DNA of 54,293 nt from NCBI GenBank assembly GCA_002811645.1, contig PDIP01000049.1, forward strand, positions 1 through 54,293. Reading direction: 5' to 3'. Below, piece by piece: positions 21,194-31,156 of the stretch (position 1 is the first letter of the stretch; each line of letters begins with the position of its first letter). The translations under genes were made by a program, and so were the position numbers. The DNA comes from Corallochytrium limacisporum Hawaii (Eukaryota; Protista; Pluriformea). The notes below the pieces were generated by a model. The model was not told where the DNA came from and ran no database searches. It saw only the letters and a program-made list of their open reading frames with translations.

Positions 21194-22618
21194 CTATTCT
21201 GCGCCAATGGACAATGAATCGTCCGTGCGGTTAACCCGATATACGCGGTGCTCGCTGTAATGCTTCCGCTTCAACAGAGTGGGAGCCAACCGGAGCTGTG
21301 CAAAGACAACGGTGAAGAGAATAGCGACCTGCATGCAAGCCTGGGCGTAGATGGAGTCGCCCAGAAGCATGATGATAGTCTCAAGGGAGATGCGCAATAC
21401 GAGGTACAGCTTAAGCCCGTCCATGATGACGCCGGTGGTGGGGTCGTTCTTTGAGTCTGCGCTACCGAAGGCATGGGTCAGAATTCCTCCGCCTTTGCGG
21501 GGTTGTGCCTGGGACGTCGGCTTTACGTCCGCCTCATCCGATCGTGCGACCGGGAAATCGCGGATCAAGAATCGGCACTCACGCAGGACAGGGTACGACT
21601 GCCCAGAAGCTGTGTACTTGACCAGATTCGATCCAAGGATGGTCGATGGACTGGAGGCCACCAGCCAGAGTTTGCGCAGTGTGGAGGTGCGGCTGCGGAC
21701 TGTGAAACTGCGCTCGTAATCCTGCCGTACAATGCGCCCTATGTCGCAGTAAATGCGACGAGCACTGGCAATGGCCATCTGACAGTTCCAGGGCAATCGT
21801 GCTATGCCTTCATCCGCATTCAACGCAATGTTGTCCGCAACAGAGAGCAATCTTTCGGTACACTTGGAGATAGCACTGCAAGGATGGGGATTGGACAGCC
21901 AAGCCTGGACATTCACGCCCTCTGCCTCCAGCCATTCAGATGGTATGTAGCAACGACCCTTGCGGGCATCCTCGCCCACATCACGGGAGATATTGACGAG
22001 TTGGAAAACAACTCCTAGGTCACAGGCACGAGCCAGGGTCTCCTGGTCCACCACGCCCATGGTCACAGTCATCAGGACACCGATGGTTGCGGCGACGCGG
22101 GCACAGTAGGCCAGAGTATCACTGATGGTTTTGTACTGTTTCTTGTTTGCATCCCAAAGGAACCCTTCAAGCAGGGCGCCAAGAATGTTCCTGGGTAGCC
22201 CGACCCGCATGACAGCGTCAAAAAGGGACCTGTCGATGGGATCATCAATAGGCCTGCCCACATAGACCCGGTCTAGTCGTTCTGTAAGGATATTGATGGC
22301 CCGTTCTGGTTCCCCGCTTTCATCCACCATGTCGTCGGCAATGCGGCAGAAGGCATAGATCTGTACTGTGGTCTTGCGGACGTCCTTGGGCAGGAGCAGG
22401 GATGCCGCCCAGAACGAACTAGATCCCTTGTTCAAGATTTTGCTAACTACCTCATAATCGCTTTCCGAAAAGGAAATGTGTTGATATGGCTCCGCCAACT
22501 TTTTCTCGCAAGCTGCGAGGTCGATATGGAAATGTCCCATAGTGTTTCTTTCCCTATATATGAACTGTTTAATGAAAATTGATTCCCACCTTGCTACTGG
22601 GACCCGATCAAAGCCCAT
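21194..22618 (-). CDS. crtB: Phytoene synthase (CrtB) with C-terminal hydrophobic extension
   Basis: GSSSF, IYAFCRIADDMVD, YCARVA, DLGVVFQLVNISRDVGED, GRCYIP; alternative start ATG at 22540. Confidence 0.92.
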   Translation of the reverse strand: MGFDRVPVARWESIFIKQFIYRERNTMGHFHIDLAACEKKLAEPYQHISFSESDYEVVSKILNKGSSSFWAASLLLPKDVRKTTVQIYAFCRIADDMVDESGEPERAINILTERLDRVYVGRPIDDPIDRSLFDAVMRVGLPRNILGALLEGFLWDANKKQYKTISDTLAYCARVAATIGVLMTVTMGVVDQETLARACDLGVVFQLVNISRDVGEDARKGRCYIPSEWLEAEGVNVQAWLSNPHPCSAISKCTERLLSVADNIALNADEGIARLPWNCQMAIASARRIYCDIGRIVRQDYERSFTVRSRTSTLRKLWLVASSPSTILGSNLVKYTASGQSYPVLRECRFLIRDFPVARSDEADVKPTSQAQPRKGGGILTHAFGSADSKNDPTTGVIMDGLKLYLVLRISLETIIMLLGDSIYAQACMQVAILFTVVFAQLRLAPTLLKRKHYSEHRVYRVNRTDDSLSIGAE

Positions 22619-24041
22619 AAACTACCACGGATATTGTGAGTCTTCTTAAAGGAATCCAATGTACAGCGCACCACTCTCTAACCTATCTCTACCAACAACT
22701 AAACACCAGATTAATCGCGCAGTACTCACACTAACTCTATGGTTGCTGCGTTTCTCTATTAGCATTTGCGAGTAGTCCCATGGAAACCTCAAGTACCCTA
22801 TACGATGCTCACAATATACTCCTCCGGGCTCTAAATCAGTCCACCCGACATAAGCAACTCCAACAGAAACACTCCACACTCACTCACTCACTCACTCACA
22901 CACACACAAACACGTCACCAGAGCCACCCGAGGGGGAACTGTCCCTGGGTCAACCCCAATCCCCCCCCCTCCCAACCCACCCACACAAACGATCCCGCCA
23001 GATTTTCTGGGTATGTTTTTAATGCAAAGCAGCACCCCCTTCCTTTCTCCTTTGCCCGATTTCTTGTTTTCCTTCCTTGGTCTTTTTTTTTTTTGTTATG
23101 GGCCTGCTGCTCCTTGTACGAGTTCCGCCACGGGGCAGGTTGGGTTCTGAGTCATGGCTCTTGTCGCAGTGGCCGAGAAAATGGACCGGGTTTGTAACTG
23201 CAGATCGAAACGAACGAAGTGGAGAGCCGGGAGGCGGCCGCAGCCCTTGGTGGCTCCCCTTCCTCCGGGCGACACTTGTAAACCTCGTCCGAACCCGTCG
23301 TGTGGCGCACGAAAGTATTTGCTAAGCTCGAAAAGAGTGCGAGTCGGTAGTGGGCACCGAACTGGGGACCGGAGTACAGCGGGGTGGGTATAGTCAGTAC
23401 CCCCGGCAGGTACCGCTATTCCTTGTGCCTTCGTTTTTTCTTTTCTTTTTTTGATGTGGTAAGAAACTTTAATCCTCGCTGGGCTTTTGATTCTGATCTC
23501 TTTCATAGTCAATGAATCGCAGGAGAGAGACAGCCGGGGCGAAAGTGATCTAGGTAGCAAAGCATGCCGAGCATTCCACAAATGCCACTCTGGGAGACGG
23601 CATTGGGTCCAATCATAATATTGAACCATATATGAATTTCCTGAATTGAGACACAATAGATCATATACTGAAGATGGTGTTGAGTTCTCAGTGTATACCT
23701 ATCAGTAGGAACCCAGCGACACAACCAGACAAAGACTGGCTGGTTTTAATTCACATAGTAAATGTAGTGAGTATTCATCCCAGCGGGGTCACACAGGTCG
23801 CCCTCTTCTACTGATCACTATCGGCTCAGTTTCCACCGGTGCAAATTCAATTTGAGCCTCTGCAACTGTGTTGGGGTGTGGGTGTGTTCCAGCTGAAACC
23901 GGGGAACGGGTAAGCTGCGATGGTTGTGCTGCTGCGCCGGTTCCACCCCCTCCCGGCGTTTCTTCTTGCGGATCGCCGAGAGGCGGTGTGTTTGTTGGGA
24001 TTTGTTTGAGGATGAGTCATGATACGCAAGGCGCTTTGTGT

Positions 24042-24043
<2 letters not shown>

Positions 24044-24094
<51 letters not shown>
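24044..24094. repeat. (TG)n microsatellite abutting assembly gap
   Basis: Visible run ending at the N block. Confidence 0.95.
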
Positions 24095-24096
<2 letters not shown>

Positions 24097-24676
24097 NNNN
24101 NNNNNNNNNNNNNNNNNNNNNNNNNNNNNNNNNNNNNNNNNNNNNNNNNNNNNNNNNNNNNNNNNNNNNNNNNNNNNNNNNNNNNNNNNNNNNNNNNNNN
24201 NNNNNNNNNNNNNNNNNNNNNNNNNNNNNNNNNNNNNNNNNNNNNNNNNNNNNNNNNNNNNNNNNNNNNNNNNNNNNNNNNNNNNNNNNNNNNNNNNNNN
24301 NNNNNNNNNNNNNNNNNNNNNNNNNNNNNNNNNNNNNNNNNNNNNNNNNNNNNNNNNNNNNNNNNNNNNNNNNNNNNNNNNNNNNNNNNNNNNNNNNNNN
24401 NNNNNNNNNNNNNNNNNNNNNNNNNNNNNNNNNNNNNNNNNNNNNNNNNNNNNNNNNNNNNNNNNNNNNNNNNNNNNNNNNNNNNNNNNNNNNNNNNNNN
24501 NNNNNNNNNNNNNNNNNNNNNNNNNNNNNNNNNNNNNNNNNNNNNNNNNNNNNNNNNNNNNNNNNNNNNNNNNNNNNNNNNNNNNNNNNNNNNNNNNNNN
24601 NNNNNNNNNNNNNNNNNNNNNNNNNNNNNNNNNNNNNNNNNNNNNNNNNNNNNNNNNNNNNNNNNNNNNNNNNNNN
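24097..24676. other. Assembly gap (N run)
   Basis: 580 Ns. Confidence 1.
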
Positions 24677-25135
24677 CCCGCCCAAGGGGGGGACCCTCCC
24701 CTTCTCTCAACACTCAGTCTTTTTGTTCTTGACCCTCCAAACACAGCCAGCCGCCCCACCGTTCCGCCCACGCTAGTCGTCCGTCGTTCCCCCCTTCCCT
24801 CGGTGTCCCTCGACTCTCGCTCTCGCACCCTTCGCTCTGCGCGGCTGGGAGGGGGGTTGGGAGGGCGCGTACGCAATTTCGCCTTGCCTTGGCTCCCCGC
24901 CGAAAGCCTGATGCCCTCATCCTAGAAACCGTTGTTTGCCGAGTGATCGGGGGTTGGGGAGATCCACGGGTTAGATCCACGGGTTGAGGGGACGCAGGTG
25001 AGCGGTCGCGGGAGTATGGTACACTAAGCAACTTTCTTTACTACTGGTTCATTCCTGTGAGAATCCATGGCGTGATGAATGGAAACATGCCGCACACATT
25101 ATGATGGGGATGTTGGCAAAGTAAGTACCATGCCC

Positions 25136-26959
25136 CTATGGCCCCAGTTCTGAGTTGTGGACTGTCATGTTGGAGAGCACAATGGCGAGGATCATTGTGC
25201 CACAAGCCACGCTTAGCATAATGTACAGATCGGTGTTGCCCCTCTCTTCCTCACGGATTCGCCTGTATCTGTCTTTCAGACGGATGCGATTCCCATTCTC
25301 ATCCAACTTAACCCCGGCGTCGTCCTCCCAGAGATGTGGCACGGCCGGAAACTTGCCACTGAGCAGACCACGAGTCTGGAGGTCGTCCGTGGGCCGCTGT
25401 CCGAGATCTTCGAGAACTCGCTCAGTAGTCAGCCGACTGCTCATGAGCACGTTAGGTAAGCCACTACCCGGGTGTGTGCTGCATCCTGTGAAATAGAGAT
25501 TACTGTACGTATCATGGCGATTATGGGGACGAAGGTAACCAACCTGCAGGAAGTTGTGGCTCAGTCCAAAGGCAGTGCCCTTCCAAGTGTTGTAGCGATC
25601 AGCCCAATCCTGGGGTGCTACAATTTCTTCGTGCAACAGATTGTCCTTGAGGTCGGTTATGCCAATGTCCGGCTGGCTCAGGCGTTTGATCACCACTTCC
25701 CGGGCCCGCTTGATCATTTCGTCCCAATTCTGCTCGATTTTATGCCTGCCTTGCTTAGATTCGTCACCCCAGTCACCCTGTGCCAGGTGTCCAACGGGCA
25801 CTAGCACCACCCAAGCATCCTGTCCAGCAGGGGCCATGGAAGAATCGGTACGATTGGGAACATTGACGTAGAATGAAGGCGCGTCGGGGAGAGTCAGGTC
25901 ATTGAAGATCTGATCAAAGCTCTCCCGGTAGGCCTCGGATGCCACAAACATGTTATGGTGTCCAAGCTGTTTGTACTCCTTCTTGAGGGACCAGCAAAAG
26001 GTTATAGAAGACGAAGTATAGGACATTTTGTCCAGACGATCCGCTTCGTGTTGGTCGGGCAGCAGGCGACAGTACACGTATGGAAGATTCGCATTGGCCA
26101 CCACTACGTCTGCCTCCAACTTCTCTCCATTCTGCAGGACCACACCGGTCGCTTTCTGGGTCTTCTCGTCAATGTCTATCTTGGCCACTGGACTGGAGTA
26201 ACGGATTGGTACATGAAGTTTCTCTCGTACGATCTTCTCGAGCGTAAGAATGACCTGGTATAGACCGCCCATCGGGTACCAGACACCGTCGCAGAACTCT
26301 GTATACTGCAGCAGACTGAAGGTGGCCGGTGCATTGAACGGGCTCAATCCTACGTACATGTCTTGGAAGGTAAATGCAGCGCGCAGTTTGGGATTCTTAA
26401 AATACCGACTGATGTTCCAATGGTGGAAGAATGGAGCCTTGACCTGAAACAGCAAAGGGATCTGGCGAATGTCAAAGTACTCGAGAAGAGAGCGGAAGTT
26501 GCGGTACGCAACCCCACGCAGCACTCCATGCATGTTCACCCGTCCCTCGGCCAGCAGTTTTAGGAAATTCAGATACGAACCTGGTTCAATGCGTTCCAGC
26601 TGGTTCTGCATCGCCACAGTGTTGGCAGTGAGATTGATGGAATCACCGTCGCTAAAATGGACACCATAGGAGGGGTCAATACGGCGCATATCTAGATGGT
26701 CGGTAATGCTCTCGCCAAGCGCATTGTACGTGTCCTCGTAAGCGGAAGGTACGAGCACGATGCTGGGACCAATGTCGAACTTGAATCCCTTCCAGTTGAT
26801 CTGATCACAACGACCTCCTGCGTGGTCGTTCTTCTCCACGACGATAACATCGAAGCCTTCCCGAGCCAGACGGCCAGCGGCACCAAGGCCACCGATGCCG
26901 GCGCCAATGACGATTACCTTCTTCCGCTCGGTGGTCGAGCTGGCTGATGTAACAACCAT
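25136..26959 (-). CDS. crtI: Phytoene desaturase, CrtI family (copy A)
   Basis: GAGIGG FAD motif, GGRC, FDIGPS, FQDMYVGLSPF, LLQYTEF.DGVWYPMGG, GTAFGLSHNFLQV, YFTGCSTHPGSGLP; C-terminal TM helix. Confidence 0.92.
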   Translation of the reverse strand: MVVTSASSTTERKKVIVIGAGIGGLGAAGRLAREGFDVIVVEKNDHAGGRCDQINWKGFKFDIGPSIVLVPSAYEDTYNALGESITDHLDMRRIDPSYGVHFSDGDSINLTANTVAMQNQLERIEPGSYLNFLKLLAEGRVNMHGVLRGVAYRNFRSLLEYFDIRQIPLLFQVKAPFFHHWNISRYFKNPKLRAAFTFQDMYVGLSPFNAPATFSLLQYTEFCDGVWYPMGGLYQVILTLEKIVREKLHVPIRYSSPVAKIDIDEKTQKATGVVLQNGEKLEADVVVANANLPYVYCRLLPDQHEADRLDKMSYTSSSITFCWSLKKEYKQLGHHNMFVASEAYRESFDQIFNDLTLPDAPSFYVNVPNRTDSSMAPAGQDAWVVLVPVGHLAQGDWGDESKQGRHKIEQNWDEMIKRAREVVIKRLSQPDIGITDLKDNLLHEEIVAPQDWADRYNTWKGTAFGLSHNFLQVGYLRPHNRHDTYSNLYFTGCSTHPGSGLPNVLMSSRLTTERVLEDLGQRPTDDLQTRGLLSGKFPAVPHLWEDDAGVKLDENGNRIRLKDRYRRIREEERGNTDLYIMLSVACGTMILAIVLSNMTVHNSELGP

Positions 26960-27828
26960 GACTGGATTCTACTAGTTCGAGGTATACTACTTGCCCAAGG
27001 CACGAGGTCCTTTGCTGTACAGCTGAACTTTAGTGGCCCTTTGAATAGCTGACTGATTGGGGGCAGCAACGAAGATTACTCCATCAGGTTGCACTGACTG
27101 GTCACAGCCCTGCCCATGCGCGGGCACGTACAGAAAGAGATCACGTTTTTATCAGGCGAGTTCATCACAGAGAAGGACAGCCATTGACGACTCCAGTTCC
27201 AACTCAGAAAAACTCAGACCCCAGCGCCTGTCACCGACTTATCATAGACAGAGTAGGGGAGTCAGTCATTTTATCGGGGGACACAGCAAAGCCTGGGGAG
27301 CGGGAGACCCGGCGCTCTCTCCATCTCTCGCCCCTTCCATCTCCCTCCCGCTCACTCTGCCGTCCTCCCTCCCCCGCAGGACTGCTCACTTTCACCCGTT
27401 CTCGTCCCTCGGCCCCCTCCCGTCTTCCTGGGTCCACTGGGATTCTCAGAACTGGGCACGCGTTGTCCCAGCTTGCAGGAACAGTGCGGCGAATACTTCG
27501 GGCCCCGATTTCTTGTCAAGGTATGATTTTCACTTGTGCGCTGTGTGCTGAAAATCTACCGGAACAAAAATCGATCGTTCATATGAAAGTTTAGAGTCCA
27601 CTGCAGCTGGTATCACTGCGCTACGCTGGCAAGCGCCCCTCCACTTTTAACCCACTCACCAACGGGACCGGCAGGAGTTGGACGATACCTTGGGTGGGGT
27701 ACTTGGGGGAAGTGTGGATTGTAGCCCCTGTAGATATAACCTCGATCCCGTGTTTTCCCCTTGTTTAAAGAAGAAAGAAGCAAGGACATAGTCCTGTGCT
27801 CTCCGTGGTGCAAGATACATAGACAAAC

Positions 27829-29421
27829 ATGCCCACGATTGAAGCACCGCCCAGTGTGGTGGTGATCGGCGCAGGATTCTCTGGTCTCGCTGCTGCAACT
27901 AGTTTGGCGGACATGGGCTATGAGGTTACGGTTGTAGAAAAGCATAAAACCTGCGGCGGTCGTTCGCGCATCTTCGAGACGGATGGTTTCACATTTGACA
28001 TGGGACCCAGTTGGTACTGGATGCCAGATGTCTTCGAGGAGTACTTCGCCGCCTTTGGTAAGAAAGTCTCGGACTATTACCACCTGAAACGCCTTGACCC
28101 ATGTTACCGTCTTTTCCTAGAGGGTGACAAGCAGTATGATATGCCGGACAGTGTGGACAGCCAGCGAAAGCTCTTCGAAAGTTTGGAACAGGGTAGTGCC
28201 AAGAACCTAAAGGCCTTCATGAAGCAAGCCAAATATAAGTACGATGTGGGTATGTCTGACTACGTGAAGCGGCCCTCTCTTTCTCTCTTTGAATTCATTG
28301 ATCCAAGGATGATCATTGAGTGCTTTCGTCTGCAGATGCTGACCTCCCAGCGTAGGCACGTCAATACCTACTTCAAGAACACGGACCTGCGCAAGATCAT
28401 GGAATGGCCAGTGCTATTTCTTGGCGGTTCCCCCGCGGATGTCCCGGCGATGTACTCGCTCATCAACTACTCAGCAATGGAACAGGGCACCTGGTACCCG
28501 GAATGGGGCATGTATCGAATCGTGGATGCCATGGAGGATCTAGCCAGATCCAAGGGAGTGCAGTTCCGCATGAATAGCAATGTTACCAAGGTACTAGTGC
28601 GCAATGGTGCGGCTGCCGGTGTGGAGATTTCCAACGGGGAGATAATTATCAAGGCGGACTATGTAGTAGGGGCAGCAGATTATCACTTCGTGGAGCAAAC
28701 TCTGCTGCCTAAGCAGTTTAGGCGCTATTCTGAGGAATGGTGGCGCAGCCAGACTATGAGCCCGAGTAGTCTCCTCTTCTATCTCGGTGTGAATGCTAAG
28801 GTACCGAATCTGGAGCATCACAACCTGTTCTTTGACGAGTCCTTGGATGTCCACTCGTACGAGATCTACAATGATCCAAAATGGCCCTCCAAACCGCTCT
28901 TCTATGTCTGTTGCCCGTCCAAGACCGACCCAACAGTCGCTCCCGACGGCAACGAAAATCTTTTCATTCTGATTCCGCTGGCGGTACACCTGGAGGACAC
29001 CAAAGAACTGCGAGAGAAATACTATAACATGGTCATGGATCGGTTGGAGGAACGTACGGGATTCAAGATCAGAGACCACGTTGTGTCGAAGACTCCATAC
29101 TGCCACAAGGACTTTGAAGCCGACTACAATGCATACGGTGGCAACGCGTACGGTCTAGCGAATTTGCTAAGTCAGACCGCAGTCTTCAAGCCGACCATGA
29201 AGTCCAAGCTTCGCAACATGTACTTTGCCGGTCAACTGACCTGCCCGGGACCTGGTGTGCCTCCTTCTTTGATTTCTGGGCAGATGGTGGCGAAGCTACT
29301 GGACAGCGAACGCACGGATGGTCAGCGCGTGGTGTTTGAAATGTGGCATCTGTATGCGGCGATCGGGGCGCTGGCCTCGCTGGTTGTGCTTCTGACCGCC
29401 ATTGTGGTGGAGGTACTTTAA
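27829..29421 (+). CDS. crtI: CrtI/CrtD-family carotenoid desaturase (copy B)
   Basis: GAGFSG, FDMGPSWYWMPDVF, GTWYP, HHNLFF, GNAYGLAN, YFAGQLTCPGPGVPPSLISG; C-terminal TM helix. Confidence 0.88.
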   Translation: MPTIEAPPSVVVIGAGFSGLAAATSLADMGYEVTVVEKHKTCGGRSRIFETDGFTFDMGPSWYWMPDVFEEYFAAFGKKVSDYYHLKRLDPCYRLFLEGDKQYDMPDSVDSQRKLFESLEQGSAKNLKAFMKQAKYKYDVGMSDYVKRPSLSLFEFIDPRMIIECFRLQMLTSQRRHVNTYFKNTDLRKIMEWPVLFLGGSPADVPAMYSLINYSAMEQGTWYPEWGMYRIVDAMEDLARSKGVQFRMNSNVTKVLVRNGAAAGVEISNGEIIIKADYVVGAADYHFVEQTLLPKQFRRYSEEWWRSQTMSPSSLLFYLGVNAKVPNLEHHNLFFDESLDVHSYEIYNDPKWPSKPLFYVCCPSKTDPTVAPDGNENLFILIPLAVHLEDTKELREKYYNMVMDRLEERTGFKIRDHVVSKTPYCHKDFEADYNAYGGNAYGLANLLSQTAVFKPTMKSKLRNMYFAGQLTCPGPGVPPSLISGQMVAKLLDSERTDGQRVVFEMWHLYAAIGALASLVVLLTAIVVEVL

Positions 29422-29740
29422 CCTTCAGCACTTCCCGTACCTTCGAAATCATTATATATAAAGACAAGTAGCTAAAGAACAGGCAATACCCACTTAATTT
29501 TACCCCCACCAGAACTGATCAAATTGGGCACACTCTGCTTGCGACCTTCCCTCCCTCTCTTGTGTTCGCTTTGTGACCCCTTGTGGCTTGCACTGGTACT
29601 TTGGGAAACCGAAACAGTTCCCGACTGACCCATCTGGCGACACAACCAGGAACCCAATTGTTCGAAAAGACAAGTGACAAGTGTACATTACGAAGATGAA
29701 AGGGAGATCACATACATAGGAACGAATTAGGGAACAACCA

Positions 29741-31156
29741 ATGTCCGAGCGACCGAAAGACGACGTGACCTATGCATGGTTACGACGGAAGTTGCCAGCT
29801 GAGGTCTTGCGTCTGGTCTATCCACACTTGCATGCCACGTTCACCACCGTGACGTCAGATAAGGAAGGGTTTGGACCCCTTTTCAGACGGTACAACCGTG
29901 TGGCAGTCGGTCGTGGCCTGAGCGACGGTCAACAGAATAACATCGACCGTTCGCACTCAGACACCACACGGATGTCTCCGAGCTGTGCCATGGCCCTTCT
30001 CCTGTGGGAAGACGTCATTGCACACAGCAAAGGCTTGGAATGGTCATATTTGGCCTATCGAGCGCACGATGCGGAGTCGAAAAGAGTGCCGGAGGTATTG
30101 GATCAATGGGCAAAGACTGGATTGTGCAATGGGAAGCCAACGCAGGCATTGGTGTTTCACATTCACAGCTGGCTGCCATCTGCTGTGCAACAGGCCGTGT
30201 TTCGAGCGCTGCGGTCACCAGAGCGTGGTAAGGACGGCGGAGTACTCATAGTTCTTGCAGAGGAGAACGCGCCTCTGCCCTCTTTGATTGCAATGCTAGC
30301 AAGCGGCGGCGCGGTCTCTGCGGAGGTTCCAAAATTTGACTTTGTTCGCGGCAAGGAAAACCTCAGTCCGGAGGTAATGACTAGAGTATTGTATCGTTTG
30401 CTCATTGATAGTGATCGTGAAGGTGTCCATGAAGTGGTCGACGAGGCGCGAGAAGGATACAACAACATGTTGAGACTGTCCGAGGCGGCCTACGTTATTT
30501 TGGCTGACCGACTCGATGAAGTGCTGGAAAAGATCATGGAAATGGAGATGCAGGAATTGGCTACAGAAAGGCAGAAAATGACTGTCGAAGGAATGGTGAA
30601 TGAACTTTTGAAAGAATTCGATCTCAATCTCCCGTCAATAACCATCTCTACCAAATATGTCAATGAGCAACTGATTGAACGATTTGTTCGCCCGCTACGA
30701 ATGGTATTCAACGCGAACACACGTATACGGGTTCAATTTCCAAAGGGAATGCTCTTGGTAGATGAATCGGGATGGATTGCCAAAACCCAATTGGAAACTG
30801 TATTGAAAGAATTTCCATTTCTCAGCGTGTTCAATGTAAAGAGTACAGATGTCTATTCCAAATATCTGGGGGACTCTGAAGCATCCATTCGCAAGATTTT
30901 TGCGGAGGCCCGCAAACACTCCTATTCAGTAATAGTTTTCGAGGACTTTGGGTCCCTGGCTGTTAAGAGAGAATTTACGTCCTCAGAATCTACTGGTGGA
31001 GTCGAAGAGCGCTTGATGAGTACGCTTTTGAATGAAATGGACGGCATTAGCTCAAACTCTCAAGTCGTGACTATTGGCATATCGGCAGTACCTCCAAGTA
31101 AGATTGATGAGGCAGTAATTCGATCTGGAAGATTGGATCACCACATAGTATTCTAG
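29741..31156 (+). CDS. Degenerate CDC48/AFG2-family AAA domain protein
   Basis: FPKGMLL, VYSKYLGDSEASIRKIFAEAR, ERLMSTLLNEMDGI, IDEAVIRSGRLD; Walker A and B are degenerate; ORF ends just after the SRH. Confidence 0.7.
   Translation: MSERPKDDVTYAWLRRKLPAEVLRLVYPHLHATFTTVTSDKEGFGPLFRRYNRVAVGRGLSDGQQNNIDRSHSDTTRMSPSCAMALLLWEDVIAHSKGLEWSYLAYRAHDAESKRVPEVLDQWAKTGLCNGKPTQALVFHIHSWLPSAVQQAVFRALRSPERGKDGGVLIVLAEENAPLPSLIAMLASGGAVSAEVPKFDFVRGKENLSPEVMTRVLYRLLIDSDREGVHEVVDEAREGYNNMLRLSEAAYVILADRLDEVLEKIMEMEMQELATERQKMTVEGMVNELLKEFDLNLPSITISTKYVNEQLIERFVRPLRMVFNANTRIRVQFPKGMLLVDESGWIAKTQLETVLKEFPFLSVFNVKSTDVYSKYLGDSEASIRKIFAEARKHSYSVIVFEDFGSLAVKREFTSSESTGGVEERLMSTLLNEMDGISSNSQVVTIGISAVPPSKIDEAVIRSGRLDHHIVF

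Noticed and set aside
23818-24925. Long ORFs spanning the first N block (likewise 51698-52492)
   Set aside because: Artefacts of untranslatable gaps
21194-29421. Bacterial contamination as the source of the crt genes
   Set aside because: crtB is contiguous with the lamin-like gene and desaturase B with BRM without gaps; there is no operon spacing and the flanks have host-type microsatellites
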